Assembly (NCBI GenBank): GCA_951406725.2
Contig: OX597814.1
Location: 176,824,001 to 176,888,000, forward strand
Direction: 5' to 3'
From: Octopus vulgaris
Lineage: Eukaryota
DNA: 64,000 nucleotides
The notes beneath the pieces were generated by a model that was not told where the DNA came from, searched no databases, and was given only the letters and a program-made list of their open reading frames with translations. Made by a program: the position numbers and the translations under genes. Below are positions 11,869 to 23,448 of the stretch, piece after piece. Each line of letters begins with the position of its first letter. The stretch's first letter is position 1.

Positions 11869-12653
11869 CTGTAAAAACCCATACACATGTGATTTTCAGG
11901 ATAAAATTTGTTAAAAAAAAGCTTCCACTCATGTAAAATTTGAACCCAAAAAGTTTTCAGAATTGCTGATATGGCCAAGGGAAAAAGGTTTTCAATTTAG
12001 CTGTATTTAGCATAATTTCACCTACTTATGATTGGATTTTATTATATTTTCATCAAATAAAAATAATTTCTGTTCAACAGGTATCACATTAAAAACTATT
12101 AAATTACAAAGTATTTGCGTTGTTTATAATAAACTTTACTTTACATTTCTTGCTCACAAGAGATTATGTCCGATCTTTAGCCTACTGCTGTAGGTCTTCT
12201 CAAATTACAATCCCAGGAAAAGTTGTTGAAAAGAATTATCAACAAAAACAAAGCTGATAAATATGCACAGGTGTTGCAAATTAAGTTTAATCACCAATAA
12301 ACATCAGTTTGGATGACACTGAGAAAATATGATCTGGACCTTGATTACCAGCATGAACATCAGACTTCAAAAAGTAGTTAACCATTTAATGGTTTTAGTA
12401 AATTTAAATAGAAAAAGTGAGCATTATACTGTCCAGCATAAATAAAAGTCAACTTCATTATATTTAAGCCCCTATTTTTTCTGACATTAAATGAGTCAAC
12501 TTCTGGTATGAATGTTTACATTTTGTACGTTTTTTTTCAGCAAAAATGTTTCTAAAAAATTCTGGAAACAATCTACTCATGTAATTTATACACCCCTAAA
12601 GTTCATTTTTATTTTTGTGGAAAAAAATGATTAAATTACATGGGTTTTTACAG
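11869..12653. mobile_element. Non-autonomous Tc1/mariner-superfamily (pogo-like) element
   Basis: TA|CTGTAAAAACCCAT...ATGGGTTTTTACAG|TA terminal inverted repeats. Confidence 0.7.
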
Positions 12654-12754
12654 TAACTTTAAACATTCTACATTGTTGATTATTATCATCATTTAATATT
12701 ATTACTTCTAAATCTCTCAGACAAAGACATTCAGTAACAGTTCTTTTAAGTTAA

Positions 12755-13016
12755 GGCTATTTGTCAACATAATGTGGCTGTCCCAAAATGGATGATGTTA
12801 CTGTTGTTTTAGCCCTGAGAAACATCATTTCTAGCTGGCTATATGACACAATATCTGTGTCCTAATTTTTTCAAACAGGAGTACTGAGCTCCCTGTTTGA
12901 AAATATAAGGACACAAATACTGTGTCGTATAGCCAGCTAGAAACGATGTTTCTTAGGGCTAAAACTACAGTAACACCATCCCTTCCAGGACAGCCACATT
13001 ATGTTGGTAAACAGCC
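12755..13016. mobile_element. Almost fully palindromic MITE with TTAA TSD (Kolobok-like GG termini)
   Basis: TTAA|GGCT...AGCC|TTAA. Arms of ~125 bp pair around a short centre near 12885. Confidence 0.85.
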
Positions 13017-14780
13017 TTAACATCATCATTTAATGTCCCCTTTTCCATGTTGGCATGGGCTGGACAGTTCAACAAGAACTGAAGAGCCAGAGGGTGGTGC
13101 TGAACTCCAATGTCTACTTCGGCATGGTTTCCACAGATGGATGCCCTTCCTAATGCCTCTTTACAGTGTACTAGGAGGTTACCAAGTACTCACAAGACCA
13201 GACCCTCAACTTAGTGGGGTATAGTATTGAAGAATGTGAAAGTATGACAGAGGGACAGAAGTAGATGTCCTGCTGAAGAGGGGGATATTCACCTAAAATA
13301 TCATGAAGGTCATTATGATTTAAGGGAGAAGGACAACAGATCAGTAAGGTTTGTACAGGGGATACATTTGTAGTATATTGAAAAGGGGAATATGAATATG
13401 CTCGCCTTAAGTTCTCAACCATAGATGGATTGGAACTGTAGCGGTACTGTTGCGACATAGGGCATGTCTTGGGTATTTCAAACTTGGTACAGCCCATTCA
13501 TTCCCAAATCTGACAACAGTCCATTTCTTCAAGAAAGAAGAGACGGACACAAAAAAGAGCTGACCCAAGTAAAGGAATGGTACTTTATTTATGACTCTTG
13601 TCCCAAATGGAAGAAAGATAAAGTTGAACTCAGAGTGCAGAGAGCCACAAGACAATTTGTTACCCATTGTCTGAACACAACCATTTCATCATCTAAGATG
13701 TCATGGAATATCATGTAGAAGCTTCTGTATTGGCTTGATATGATGAGTAACTGTCAATATGTTATGTACAGGAGTGAGACTACAGCAACACCAATGCAGT
13801 ATGAAGAAGGAGAGACCAGTGAGATATCAGTATGGTATATAAAGGATCCACACTCATAAGATGTCAATGTATTATACAGAGAATAATCTTTCAAACTTTG
13901 GGAAATGTCCAAGCTGAGAATATTTTGTTCCAGGCGTAGCTGTATAGTTAAGAAATCTGCTTCTCAACCATATGGTTTCTGGTTCAGTACCACTGCACGG
14001 CATCTGGGGCAAGTGCCTTTTACTATAGGTCTAGGCTGATGACAGCTTTGTGAATAGATTTGGTAGATGGAAACTGAAAGAAGCTCTTTGTGTATATGTG
14101 TGTGTTTCCTTGCCTGGACATTGCATTATAATTGGAAACAAATATCTCCATCATATAAGTTGCTTACTTCATTTCCAAGCTCCCACAGAAGCATGTATGG
14201 CCATGGGAAATATTGGCTTCAAATTTTGGCACAAGGCCAGCAGTTTTGGGGAAGGGGCTAAGTCAATCACATCAACCCCAATGCTCAACTGGTACTTGTT
14301 TTATTGACCCTGAAAGGATGAAAGGTAGAGTCGATCTTGGCAGAATTTGATGTCAGAACATAAAGAGACAAAATGCGGCTAAGCATTTTGCCTAGTATGC
14401 TAATAGTTCTACCAGCTTGCCGCTATAGCTGTGGGAAATATTACCTTCTTTGGAAGAAGGTGAGTTTGGTGATGGGAAGGGTATCCAGTCATAGAAAACC
14501 TGTCGCAACAAATTTCATCAGACCCAAGTAAGCATGGAAAAGTGAATGCTAAAATGATGATGACTGATGAGATGAGTCTGTAAGTAGAAGGATGTCCTAT
14601 TGCAGACACATTTAACAGATGCTATTAGGGAAGAAGGATAGATGTTAATAATGATGATATGCTAAGAATTTTGAATGAATTAAAATAACAATTTATCATT
14701 AGATAATTACCAACTGCAAAAGATGAAACAAATATTTTAAACACACAGACACACAGGTACATATATATATATATATATAG

Positions 14781-14945
14781 TTAATCCAAACAAGAAAACA
14801 AAAACAAAAAAAGCAACAACACAAGGACGTGGAACAAATAAAGTATTATTGGACGCTCAGGAAAGAAGGGAAGAAGGAGGGTTTGACGTTTCGAGCGGAG
14901 CTCTTCGTCGGAAACATATGGAGAGAGAGAGATGCTAGATAATAA
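14781..14945 (-). mobile_element. Penelope-like terminal-repeat fragment
   Basis: Carries a minimal hammerhead motif followed by TTCCTGAGCGT..AATA, also seen in the 45.9-kb and 63.8-kb repeats. Ends in (TA)n. Confidence 0.6.
14881..14915 (-). ncRNA. Minimal type I hammerhead-ribozyme motif (U4C core variant)
   Basis: GUUU-CCGACGA-A-GAGC-UCC-GCUC-GAAA-C-GUC-AAAC: stem I GUUU/AAAC, stem II GAGC/GCUC, palindromic ACGU stem III, GUC cleavage triplet. Confidence 0.65.
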
Positions 14946-14967
14946 GCACAAGCTACACAAACATATA

Positions 14968-15674
14968 CAGGATGGACCAAAGTGATCCGACAGATTTGGA
15001 GGCTTAATAAAAGCACAAAAATAAGAAATAATGAAAAGAAAAATTTTATTTTCTGAATGTACATATAATGCCATTTTATTTCATTAAGTTTTAAAAATAT
15101 GAAAATCCCTATTTTTTACGATTTTTTCACTGCTGTGTCGCCACTTTTCGGTGTATTTCGACCAGAAAAATGTTCACAAAATTTTTACTTTTCAAAATTA
15201 CAATTCCAGCGGGTCGAATCAAGCCCGAGCAACGCCGGGCGATACTGCTAGTATCAGCTAAATGCTTCCCATCATTGTCAACACACTGTTGGAGACGTTC
15301 ATGAAAGTTATCGATAACTCAATGGGTTACCTCTTCTGGAATGGTTGCTATTTCTACACGAATTGCAGGTTTTATTTCATCAATAGATCGAGGGTGATGA
15401 CTGAATACTTTTGATTTTAAATATCCACACAAGAAGAAATCACATTTCACCATTCCAGAAGAAATGATCCATAGAGTTATCGATAACTTTCATGAACGTC
15501 TCCAACAGTGTGTTGACAATGCTGGGAAGCATTTAGCTGATTTAATTTTTAAAACTTAATGAAATAAAATGGCATTATATGTACATTCAGAAAATGAAGT
15601 TTTTCTTTTCATTATTTCTTATTTTGTGCTTTTATTAAGCCTCCAAATGTGTCAGATCCTTTTGGTCCACCCTG
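14968..15674. mobile_element. Fold-back Tc1/mariner-superfamily element with ~200-bp arms containing a transposase C-terminus
   Basis: TA|CAGG(A/G)TGGACCAAA termini. 15449-15559 reads TIPEEMIHRVIDNFHERLQQCVDNAGKHLADLIFKT*, and the left arm repeats this in inverted orientation. Confidence 0.85.
15099..15251 (+). mobile_element. 5'-truncated Helitron inserted in the fold-back element
   Basis: Ends CCCGAGCAACGCCGGGCGATACTGCTAG|T. Body matches the reverse complement of 41098-41287. Confidence 0.8.
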
Positions 15675-15913
15675 TACTACAATCTGCCAAGCTGGTAGGT
15701 GTGAATAAAAAATTTAAGTTTTAATTAGCATGCTGTATGAGAAGATACAAGTAGCTACAAAGAGTAAACAACATAAAATGAATATGTCAAAAAGATATTG
15801 ATAATGATGATGGTGATGATAATATGGCAGCTAAATATTACACTGTATATATATATATATATATATATATACAATTGACAACCTTTTAAAATATGAAGCT
15901 TTTATTGACTCAC

Positions 15914-18900
15914 CGGAAATCACTGTCCTCACTAGTTGGTGAACTTGGAGATGACAGAAAATTGTTTTGATGTCCATTGTGTGAAAGACAAAGAGAAACT
16001 AAATGGCAATGATCATCTGCCTCTCCTATTTCATTGCTGTCATGAGAACCACTTTCTTCTGAACCGACTGACACATCATCTTGGTCATCAAGATTTAGAT
16101 TGGAGAAACATTTCTGTGTCATGTTGTGATGGTTTTGGAAATTAGAATGACTATGCGGCAGTGTTGGATCTTCAAGAGCAGACAGATTGGAGTTGCTGCT
16201 GGATGCACTCAAATCGTTTGTAGCACAATTTGTTAATTGCGTTTTGGAAGGAGCTGATCCATTAGAATTCATTTGGAGCAAATCTCCTGTTGGACTGGGG
16301 CAAGCAGAGTCAACATCATCGGCATAAGGAATTTCACTCAGTGAAAACTCAAAGCCCATTGCACCGGTTGAGCTACCAGCACTGTTCAAGTTTTGCTCTA
16401 AGTTTGGGGTGGTAGTGGAGGCCAAGTCAAAATCAAGAAACTCCATGTCCATTGCACTAGTAGAACTGCCAGCACTATTCAAATTTTGTTCCGAGTCTAA
16501 ATTTGGGGTGGTTGTGGAGACAATGTCAAAATCAAGGAAATCGACTTCTGGAGACATCACAGTATCATCAGAAGTTTGGCAGCTGTTTGTTGCTCCACTT
16601 AATGGTAATTGCATTGCAGTGAAAGAGTTATGGCACTGGGGAATTTTGACACCACCATCAAGGATTGAGTGGCTGTCATGGCTGTTTTCAGAGCACCCAA
16701 CTTCTTTTGCAGGTTTCTTTAGACAGTTGCTTTGCAGATGGTTATCACTGGTACATAATAACAATGTAGGAGGGGAGGTGGCAGAAGAGGGGGATGTCGA
16801 TGGAGATGACTGAGTAGAAGGGGATGATGACAGTAACGAAGAAGAAACTTTCAGGACATCAGTACATTTTATCACAGAACTACCAGGTTCACGCTTTACA
16901 CTATTACTATCACCAAATCCAGTGAAACCAACATAGCTATTTTCACTACACTTAGAGTTATTGCAAGCACTAATTGAGGGACTGGGAAAAGAGAGTTGGT
17001 TGTGCTTTTTATGATCACAATTTTTAAAATAATTACTATTAGGAAAATGGCTATAACTGGGTTCATGGCTTGATATTGCCATGTCATTTATACTAGCAAC
17101 AATCTGTTGGTTATTGGTTTCATTGATGTCACTACTGGTCAGAGACGAAGATGAATCTGTGGAATCAGTAGAACTTGACATGAGACGGCTAGTCTGTACA
17201 GGGGGAAAATCTGCTTCAATAAAATCTCCAAAATCTTCTTCCCGATTGTCTATAGACCCTGTTCCTGAAGAACCTAAATTGTTTGAGCGAAAGTTATTTG
17301 AGTTTAAAGTGGCATTGCTACAACCAACAGAAGCAGAGCTCTCTTCTACACAAGTCCCAATCTGACTCTTATAATTATTATCTTTATTATAATGCACAAC
17401 ATTGTCTGGATCACAGTAAGAGTAGCTGGGGCAGAGAAGTTCAGTTTCCAACTCAAAAGACTCGCCTGATCCACAGCAACCTTCAAAGCTGTTGCAAGCC
17501 CGACAGCAGTCTTGCAATGAAGAAATGAACCGGTTTTTTTGAAACTTACATTGCAAGTTGTAAAGTGCTTTGCATTTCTTGCCCACTAACTTACTGCTAG
17601 TGGTGGTATTGGTGTTTGTGCAATTGTTGCAATTAATACAAGAAGATACAACTGTTCCTGCGGCACCGGAGGCAGAATTCATCATGTTGCTATTGTTTTC
17701 GTATTTTAAAGATTTACACGTGTGCTGTTGCTGCTTGGCGTTTTTCAACTTTGATTGAATCAACAAGTCCGATTTTGATGCAGAAGCCATATCAAGGCTA
17801 CCTTCATAATTTACCAAGTCACTAACAGCCGAATGTTTCTTTTGGTTTTGATTCTCAACATGCTGCAGCTGGGACATCTTGGTGATGGTCTTGAAATCTG
17901 GAGTCATTATGAGACCATTAGTTTGTTGAAGAGTGTAACATTTGGAGGAACAAGGCATATTACCGTTAATAGGCCCATTTACTTGAACCAGAGGGCCTTG
18001 TTTGAAAAGGGTGCAATTACTATAAGGCATCATTGTTGTTGGTATTGTTGAAGTAGTAGTAATAGTGCTTGTAGTTATAGTGGCAGCAGAAGTGTCAGCC
18101 ATCTGTGCGGAAGAAATCGTATCACTTTTACTCAGTAATGATTTCGATAGCTTTGGTTGGTGCAACTTCACTGAAGTGGAGCTATCTTTCTGGATCACCG
18201 AAGAGAAAGTGTTTCGCCTGTTACCAGAAGTACTGTAATTGTTATGGACAGGGATATTGATCTGCTGCTGGCTATGGTGATGATGGTGATGATGATGATG
18301 ACTATGGTGGTTCTGGCTGTGATACCGGGGAAGATGGTAATGGTAAGAAGGGTTCAGATCGCTACTGGTTTCCTTTGGCCGTGCTGCCTGCAAATTGTTA
18401 ACAACTGTCTCACAGTTTTCATTGTTTGAGGCACTGACAGATTGCAGAGGTGAGCAGCTTTGCCATTTCGGTGCAATTCCCGGGTTTGGATCTGTACTTG
18501 CCAGGGAAGGTAAGGAATCATGCAGAGAGATTTCACAGTTCCCACTAGCTCCATTACATGATGGTTCTGTAACAGGGTTTTTAGAGTGAAAATCACCTAT
18601 GGCATGGAAGTTTTGGGGATCGCTTTTTCTTTCTCTACCAGCACTGCTACATTCATCATCGAAAGAGCTGTTGTTATTGTAATAACTAATGCGATTGTTG
18701 TTGTTGTTGTTTTGGGAGCGACTGTGGCTATCTAAAATGCTTGCTGGGGTGATGCCATCAGTTTGGCTCTGAGGCAAAGAATAAAAGTCAAAATTCGAAT
18801 TATCCAAGCCATTCTCACTTGTAGCAATCACCTCCTCCTCTATGCTGTTATCATAATCACTATTCCCCACAGCTTCCTTTGTAGAGTTGCCCATCCTTTG

Positions 18901-18993
18901 GTATAAACTACATCTTTCAATGATACCAGGTGATGCTGTGGAGTCAGCAGTAATTAATGGTGGGATATGTGCACAGGGAAGAGTGTTCTCCAT
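15914..18993 (-). CDS. Coding part of a giant first coding exon of an uncharacterised gene; ~1027 aa Ser/Thr/Asn/His/Cys-rich low-complexity region
   Basis: 3.08-kb stop-free frame in AT-rich DNA. ATG has good context (GCG-ATG-G) and an in-frame stop upstream at 19044-19042. Acceptor TTTTTTTTTCTGAATTTCAG| precedes 19060. Donor CG|GTGAGT follows 15914 (phase 2), so the ORF-track stop is intronic. Confidence 0.9.
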
Positions 18994-19060
18994 CGCTTTC
19001 TGACAAAAGTGGGCATTACACAGAACTTACGGACTTTCCAGTTAGTAACAGCATCCAAAT
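18994..19060 (-). promoter_or_regulatory. Probable 5' UTR part of the giant exon, with two upstream ATGs
   Basis: Lies between the splice acceptor and the main ATG. uORF1 is 19054-19016 and uORF2 is 19016-18954, overlapping the main ATG out of frame. Confidence 0.6.
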
Positions 19061-19699
19061 CTGAAATTCAGAAAAAAAAAAACACAAGTAAGCAGATTGA
19101 AATGACAAAAAAACAACAAACAAACAAAAAAACAACAACAAAACAATTTAAATCACTATATAAATAACAATAAGAATTTAGAATGTGTTGTGTGTGTGTG
19201 TGTGTGCACGCATGCATCTGTTTCTGTATCTATTGGTATATCTATAAACATTTTCAGCATAATGAGTTCACATTATATAACATAATAAAGCAATTTTTTT
19301 AAAACTTTAAATAGTCTACCTTTATTCAACACTATCTTGAAAGTAATCAAAGAAAAAGATCCCGTAACATTTAAATGGTACCTGGACTAGAAACCTCAGA
19401 AAACCAACAACACTAAGATACAATTTTAGCCAACAACACTTCCCAGCAAGTGGACTAGGGCATACCAAGACCTAACTTACGACTTCAGGCATGGTCCAGA
19501 CTAATAATGGCTCCTGGAAAAGACACACAAATCTATTTGCTCTAGTTTGTTTGATTGGCAATAATCTTCCATTCCTGCATAACAGTTGATTGGTTACTGG
19601 CAAGAAGGGCATAGCACAGCATGCAAAGTGGCTATACATACATACATACAAATACTCATGAATGTTCGGATGTGTGTGTGTGTGTGTGTTTATAGACAC

Positions 19700-20070
19700 A
19701 AATTTCATCCATTCATTTTCACTGCTCACTATTCTTGGGAGGGTCATAGGAGTAGAGTCCTCAGGAACCATCTCCATAGGGTCCTATCAGAAGTAATCCT
19801 CATTATACTTTGCAGCTGGATTCCCAAGCATGGCCAACTGAAACAATGGATATTATCCAGTCATCTTGCTTTTGGTCTACTGCCATGTCTCCTGCCAGTT
19901 GAGCTGGCTTGAAGAATTTTTTCTGATTTTTTCCTGCAGCATTCTAACCACATGTCTGTAATACAGAAGCTGTGACTTAACAATGCAGAGAAATAGTGAC
20001 TTGATTTGGAGAAGCTTCTTCATCTGTTAACTATGCATCCTGTAGAGTAACATTATTCCAAGCATTCTTC
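19700..20070 (-). mobile_element. RTE LINE 3' remnant
   Basis: Decayed translation QLLYYRHVVRM...TGRRHGSRPKAR*LDNI is typical of an RTE ORF C-terminus. Confidence 0.6.
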
Positions 20071-22389
20071 ACAAGAACCCCATTTTCATATAAACAATAA
20101 AACATTTGTAAGCAACACAATCTGAGAACCGCCCCCCTCCCAAAAAAAAAGAAATTATACTGATGGGAACAGTACAGCACATTTTGCATACTGGGTAAAA
20201 CAAGCTACCCTTTACACCACAAATGACTTGCAATTTAGATACACATATCCTGAACACTAACTTCAACATGAGTTTCACAGGTCACACCTGGAATTTATAA
20301 GCAACTTAATTATACAGATTCAGATTTTGTGCCAATGAAATGTTCATATTCAAAATCTTAGTTGAAATCATACATTTCTTTTTGTTTTCTTCATAGTGTT
20401 AATTCGAGGCTAAACATAAATCAAGATAAAATAACTTGCTATCAGACATTAGTGGAGAAACAAAAGGTCCTCAGGCCAATCAATGTACAAATGTTCATTA
20501 TTCAAAAGTACATTATTTTCATACATTTAATATGTAACAATTTGAGATATGAAAGCTGCAAGCTGGTGTAAATGGTAACATCTTTGTATGGTAAACAAAA
20601 GATGTATAATTAGGATTCTGTCAGTGGGTTTGTTATTTTTAGATCACATTTTTGCTTACAACCTATAAACATTTAATATTTAGTGTGCGCATATGTGCAT
20701 GTTTGATCGCTTCAAGTCTCTTTTCCATGCCAGCATGGGCTAAATGGTTTGACAGGATCCAATGGGTTGGAGAGCCACTCTACATGTCGTGGTTTGTTGT
20801 CAATAAATAAATATAATGGGACTGAACCCAGAATCATGTCGTTGGGAAGCAAGCTTCTTACCACACAGCCACTCCTGCACCTACTGTTTTGAAAAAAAAA
20901 AAAAAAAAATCCCCAAAATCAAAATGAAGCATTGAGCTACAAATGTCTGAAAATAACAGGTTTAAAAACTGAGGACCGCCCACCACAAATCATTTTGTGA
21001 TAAATCACAAAAAGTAGCAGAAAAGGTGGGGACAGGACTGACTTTTTGAAAAGTGGCTCTATTGTCAAAAGAGACAACTATGCAAAAAGCATAAACAACT
21101 CTTTCAAAAAATTCTTTTACTAAAATAGATATCAATTTTTCAATGAAGTGGTGAAGCAAAAAATCATGTGAGAACTGATGAATAAATGTAAATTGATGGA
21201 TGAAAAGTTACATTAATGACTAATGACTAATCACGATTGAGTAGTAAAAAAAAAATCCAACAGCTTCTGGAAGATTCACATTCTAAGGCATTGACATTCA
21301 AGTTGATAATTTAATGACAAACAGGTGCTGATTCCAGGTTTATTCAATCTAGCAAGTTGGATAGAATGGTTATAAGCATTTCTTCAAACAATGTTCTGAG
21401 TTCAAACCCTCACTAGGATCAACTTTGTCTTTCATCCTTTTGTTTGTGTGTGTGTGTGGGGGGGGGGGGCAGTAAAAGTACCATTCAAGAACTAGGGGTC
21501 AACTTGGTCTTCCCCTCAAAATTATTGATCTCGTGCCAAGATTAGAAAGTGTTATTCACAGTGTTTTCAACATCAGAAATAATTAAAATAGGATTAATAT
21601 ATGGTAATTAGGAAAGTATATTAGAAGCTATCTAACATCTGCTGGGGGAAACAACTTTGAGCACTCTGGAATACTTATCTGTTGTCAGAGGAGAGATAGT
21701 CATTGTTCTTACTTGTTAATCCCGTAGTAACTAGTTTATAGCAAAAAATGTTACGAAAAATCTTGTACTGCAGACTATACTTTCATTAAGGATAGCTAAG
21801 AAAGTTGTCTCCCTTGATTGTCTAACACGTGAGTAATATCAGCTAACCCCTAATATCCTCCCACCCCAAATCACTGCGATTTAACTAATAATTCTGATAC
21901 TGAAAACGTTGAAAATAATTAAACCAACCCCTTTTATGAATATTCTAGGTTACACTTCCTCATGAATGTCTGGTTAAATTGATGACTCAACATGGTTGCT
22001 TGACCTGCTCTAAATAGCAGTCAAATCTCCATTAAATGATAACCTACCGTTTTAAAAAGAGCAGGAAGATCTTGATATTCTTGGACCTAGTGTAAAGGTT
22101 TGCATCAGTGCAAATGATACCCAAGGGAGATAGGGTAATATTAAACTGAAAAACAAATTCTTTTACATATCTTACAACATTGCTAACATTACCTAAGTTA
22201 TTTCTCTGCTTAGGACCCACCTGCACCTCAGTCACAGAACTGTCACATTATAAAATAAATCAATGAGATTAATGAAGTCTTGGAGCCTGGTGCAGCCATC
22301 TGGTTCGCCAGTCCTCAGTCAAATCATCCAACCTAAGCTAGCATGGAAAGCAGATGATGATGATGATATATATATATACACACACACAC

Positions 22390-22780
22390 TATGCTTGAGG
22401 AGACCTATTGAATCAAGTACATTAACATCAAAAAATCAAATGGAAATTATAGTTGTGATACCTGTGCCAGTGGCATGTAAAAAGCACCATCCAAACGTGG
22501 CTGATGCCAGTGCCGCTTTGACTGGCTTCCATGCTGGTGGCATGTAAAAAGCACCAACCGATCGTGGCCATTGCCAGCCTCAACTGGCACATATGCCGGT
22601 GGCACGTTAAAAACCACCAACTACACTCATGGAGTGGTTGGCCTTAGGAAGGGCATCCAGCTGTAGAAACACTGCCAGATCAGACTGGAGCCTGGTGCAG
22701 CCTCTTGGCTTCCCAGATCCCGGTCAAACTGTTCAACCCATGCTAGCATGGAAAATGGAGGTTAAACGATGATCATGATG
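22390..22780 (+). mobile_element. Family A retroposon with three internal units
   Basis: Repeated GTGGCA(C/T)GT.AAAA..ACC units plus the family tail. Confidence 0.85.
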
Positions 22781-23448
22781 AAGTTAAGAGGAGGTCCAAA
22801 ACAACAGAAATGCTTGTACGATGAAGATGACTGCACATAGTCCAAATATATTTCAAATTAGATTTTTGATGCTCACTCACAACATTAAAATCATTAACAT
22901 TTTCTAACAAAGTTATAAATAGTTCTTTGTCATAATTCTGTTTTTAGACAGATCTCCACCCTCCCACACACAAACACAAACACACATACATTCTAACATT
23001 TCTATCGCTTCTTGCATTGACACCTACATTTAAATGAACTATTCTGAAAAAGACAGATGAGATAGTAAAACAACAAAAAAAAGCTTGACAAGAATAAAGG
23101 AATAAAAGATCAGAAAGAGCTTATATCCTACACTACTTCTCCCCCACTCCACATACCAACTGTACAGCTAACAGGATAGGTGCTCACTGCTGTAATGCAA
23201 TATTTGATGATGATGAGTGATATTTTTCCTTACTGCATATTCAAGAACTGCAATATACTTTTCCTTATTGCTAGTCATTTTGATTGAGAGGATCAATTAT
23301 ACTTATAATAACCAACACCAGACTGAAGCTATGTCTCTATATTGCTTTTATTTCAAACTGTCCAATTGCTACTGGATGTCATTTTCAGCCATTCTAAGTT
23401 TACAATTTTCTTAGGCACCCTTGTATCTGATTTCTAGTAGTCTTTGAA

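Noticed and set aside
15910-15913. Stop codon ending the 1027-aa ORF as a single-exon gene
   Set aside because: The TGA is part of a GTGAGT donor, and a phase-matched exon follows at 9512.
16409-18589. Plus-strand ORFs overlapping the giant exon
   Set aside because: Antisense shadows of a long coding exon with no independent signals.
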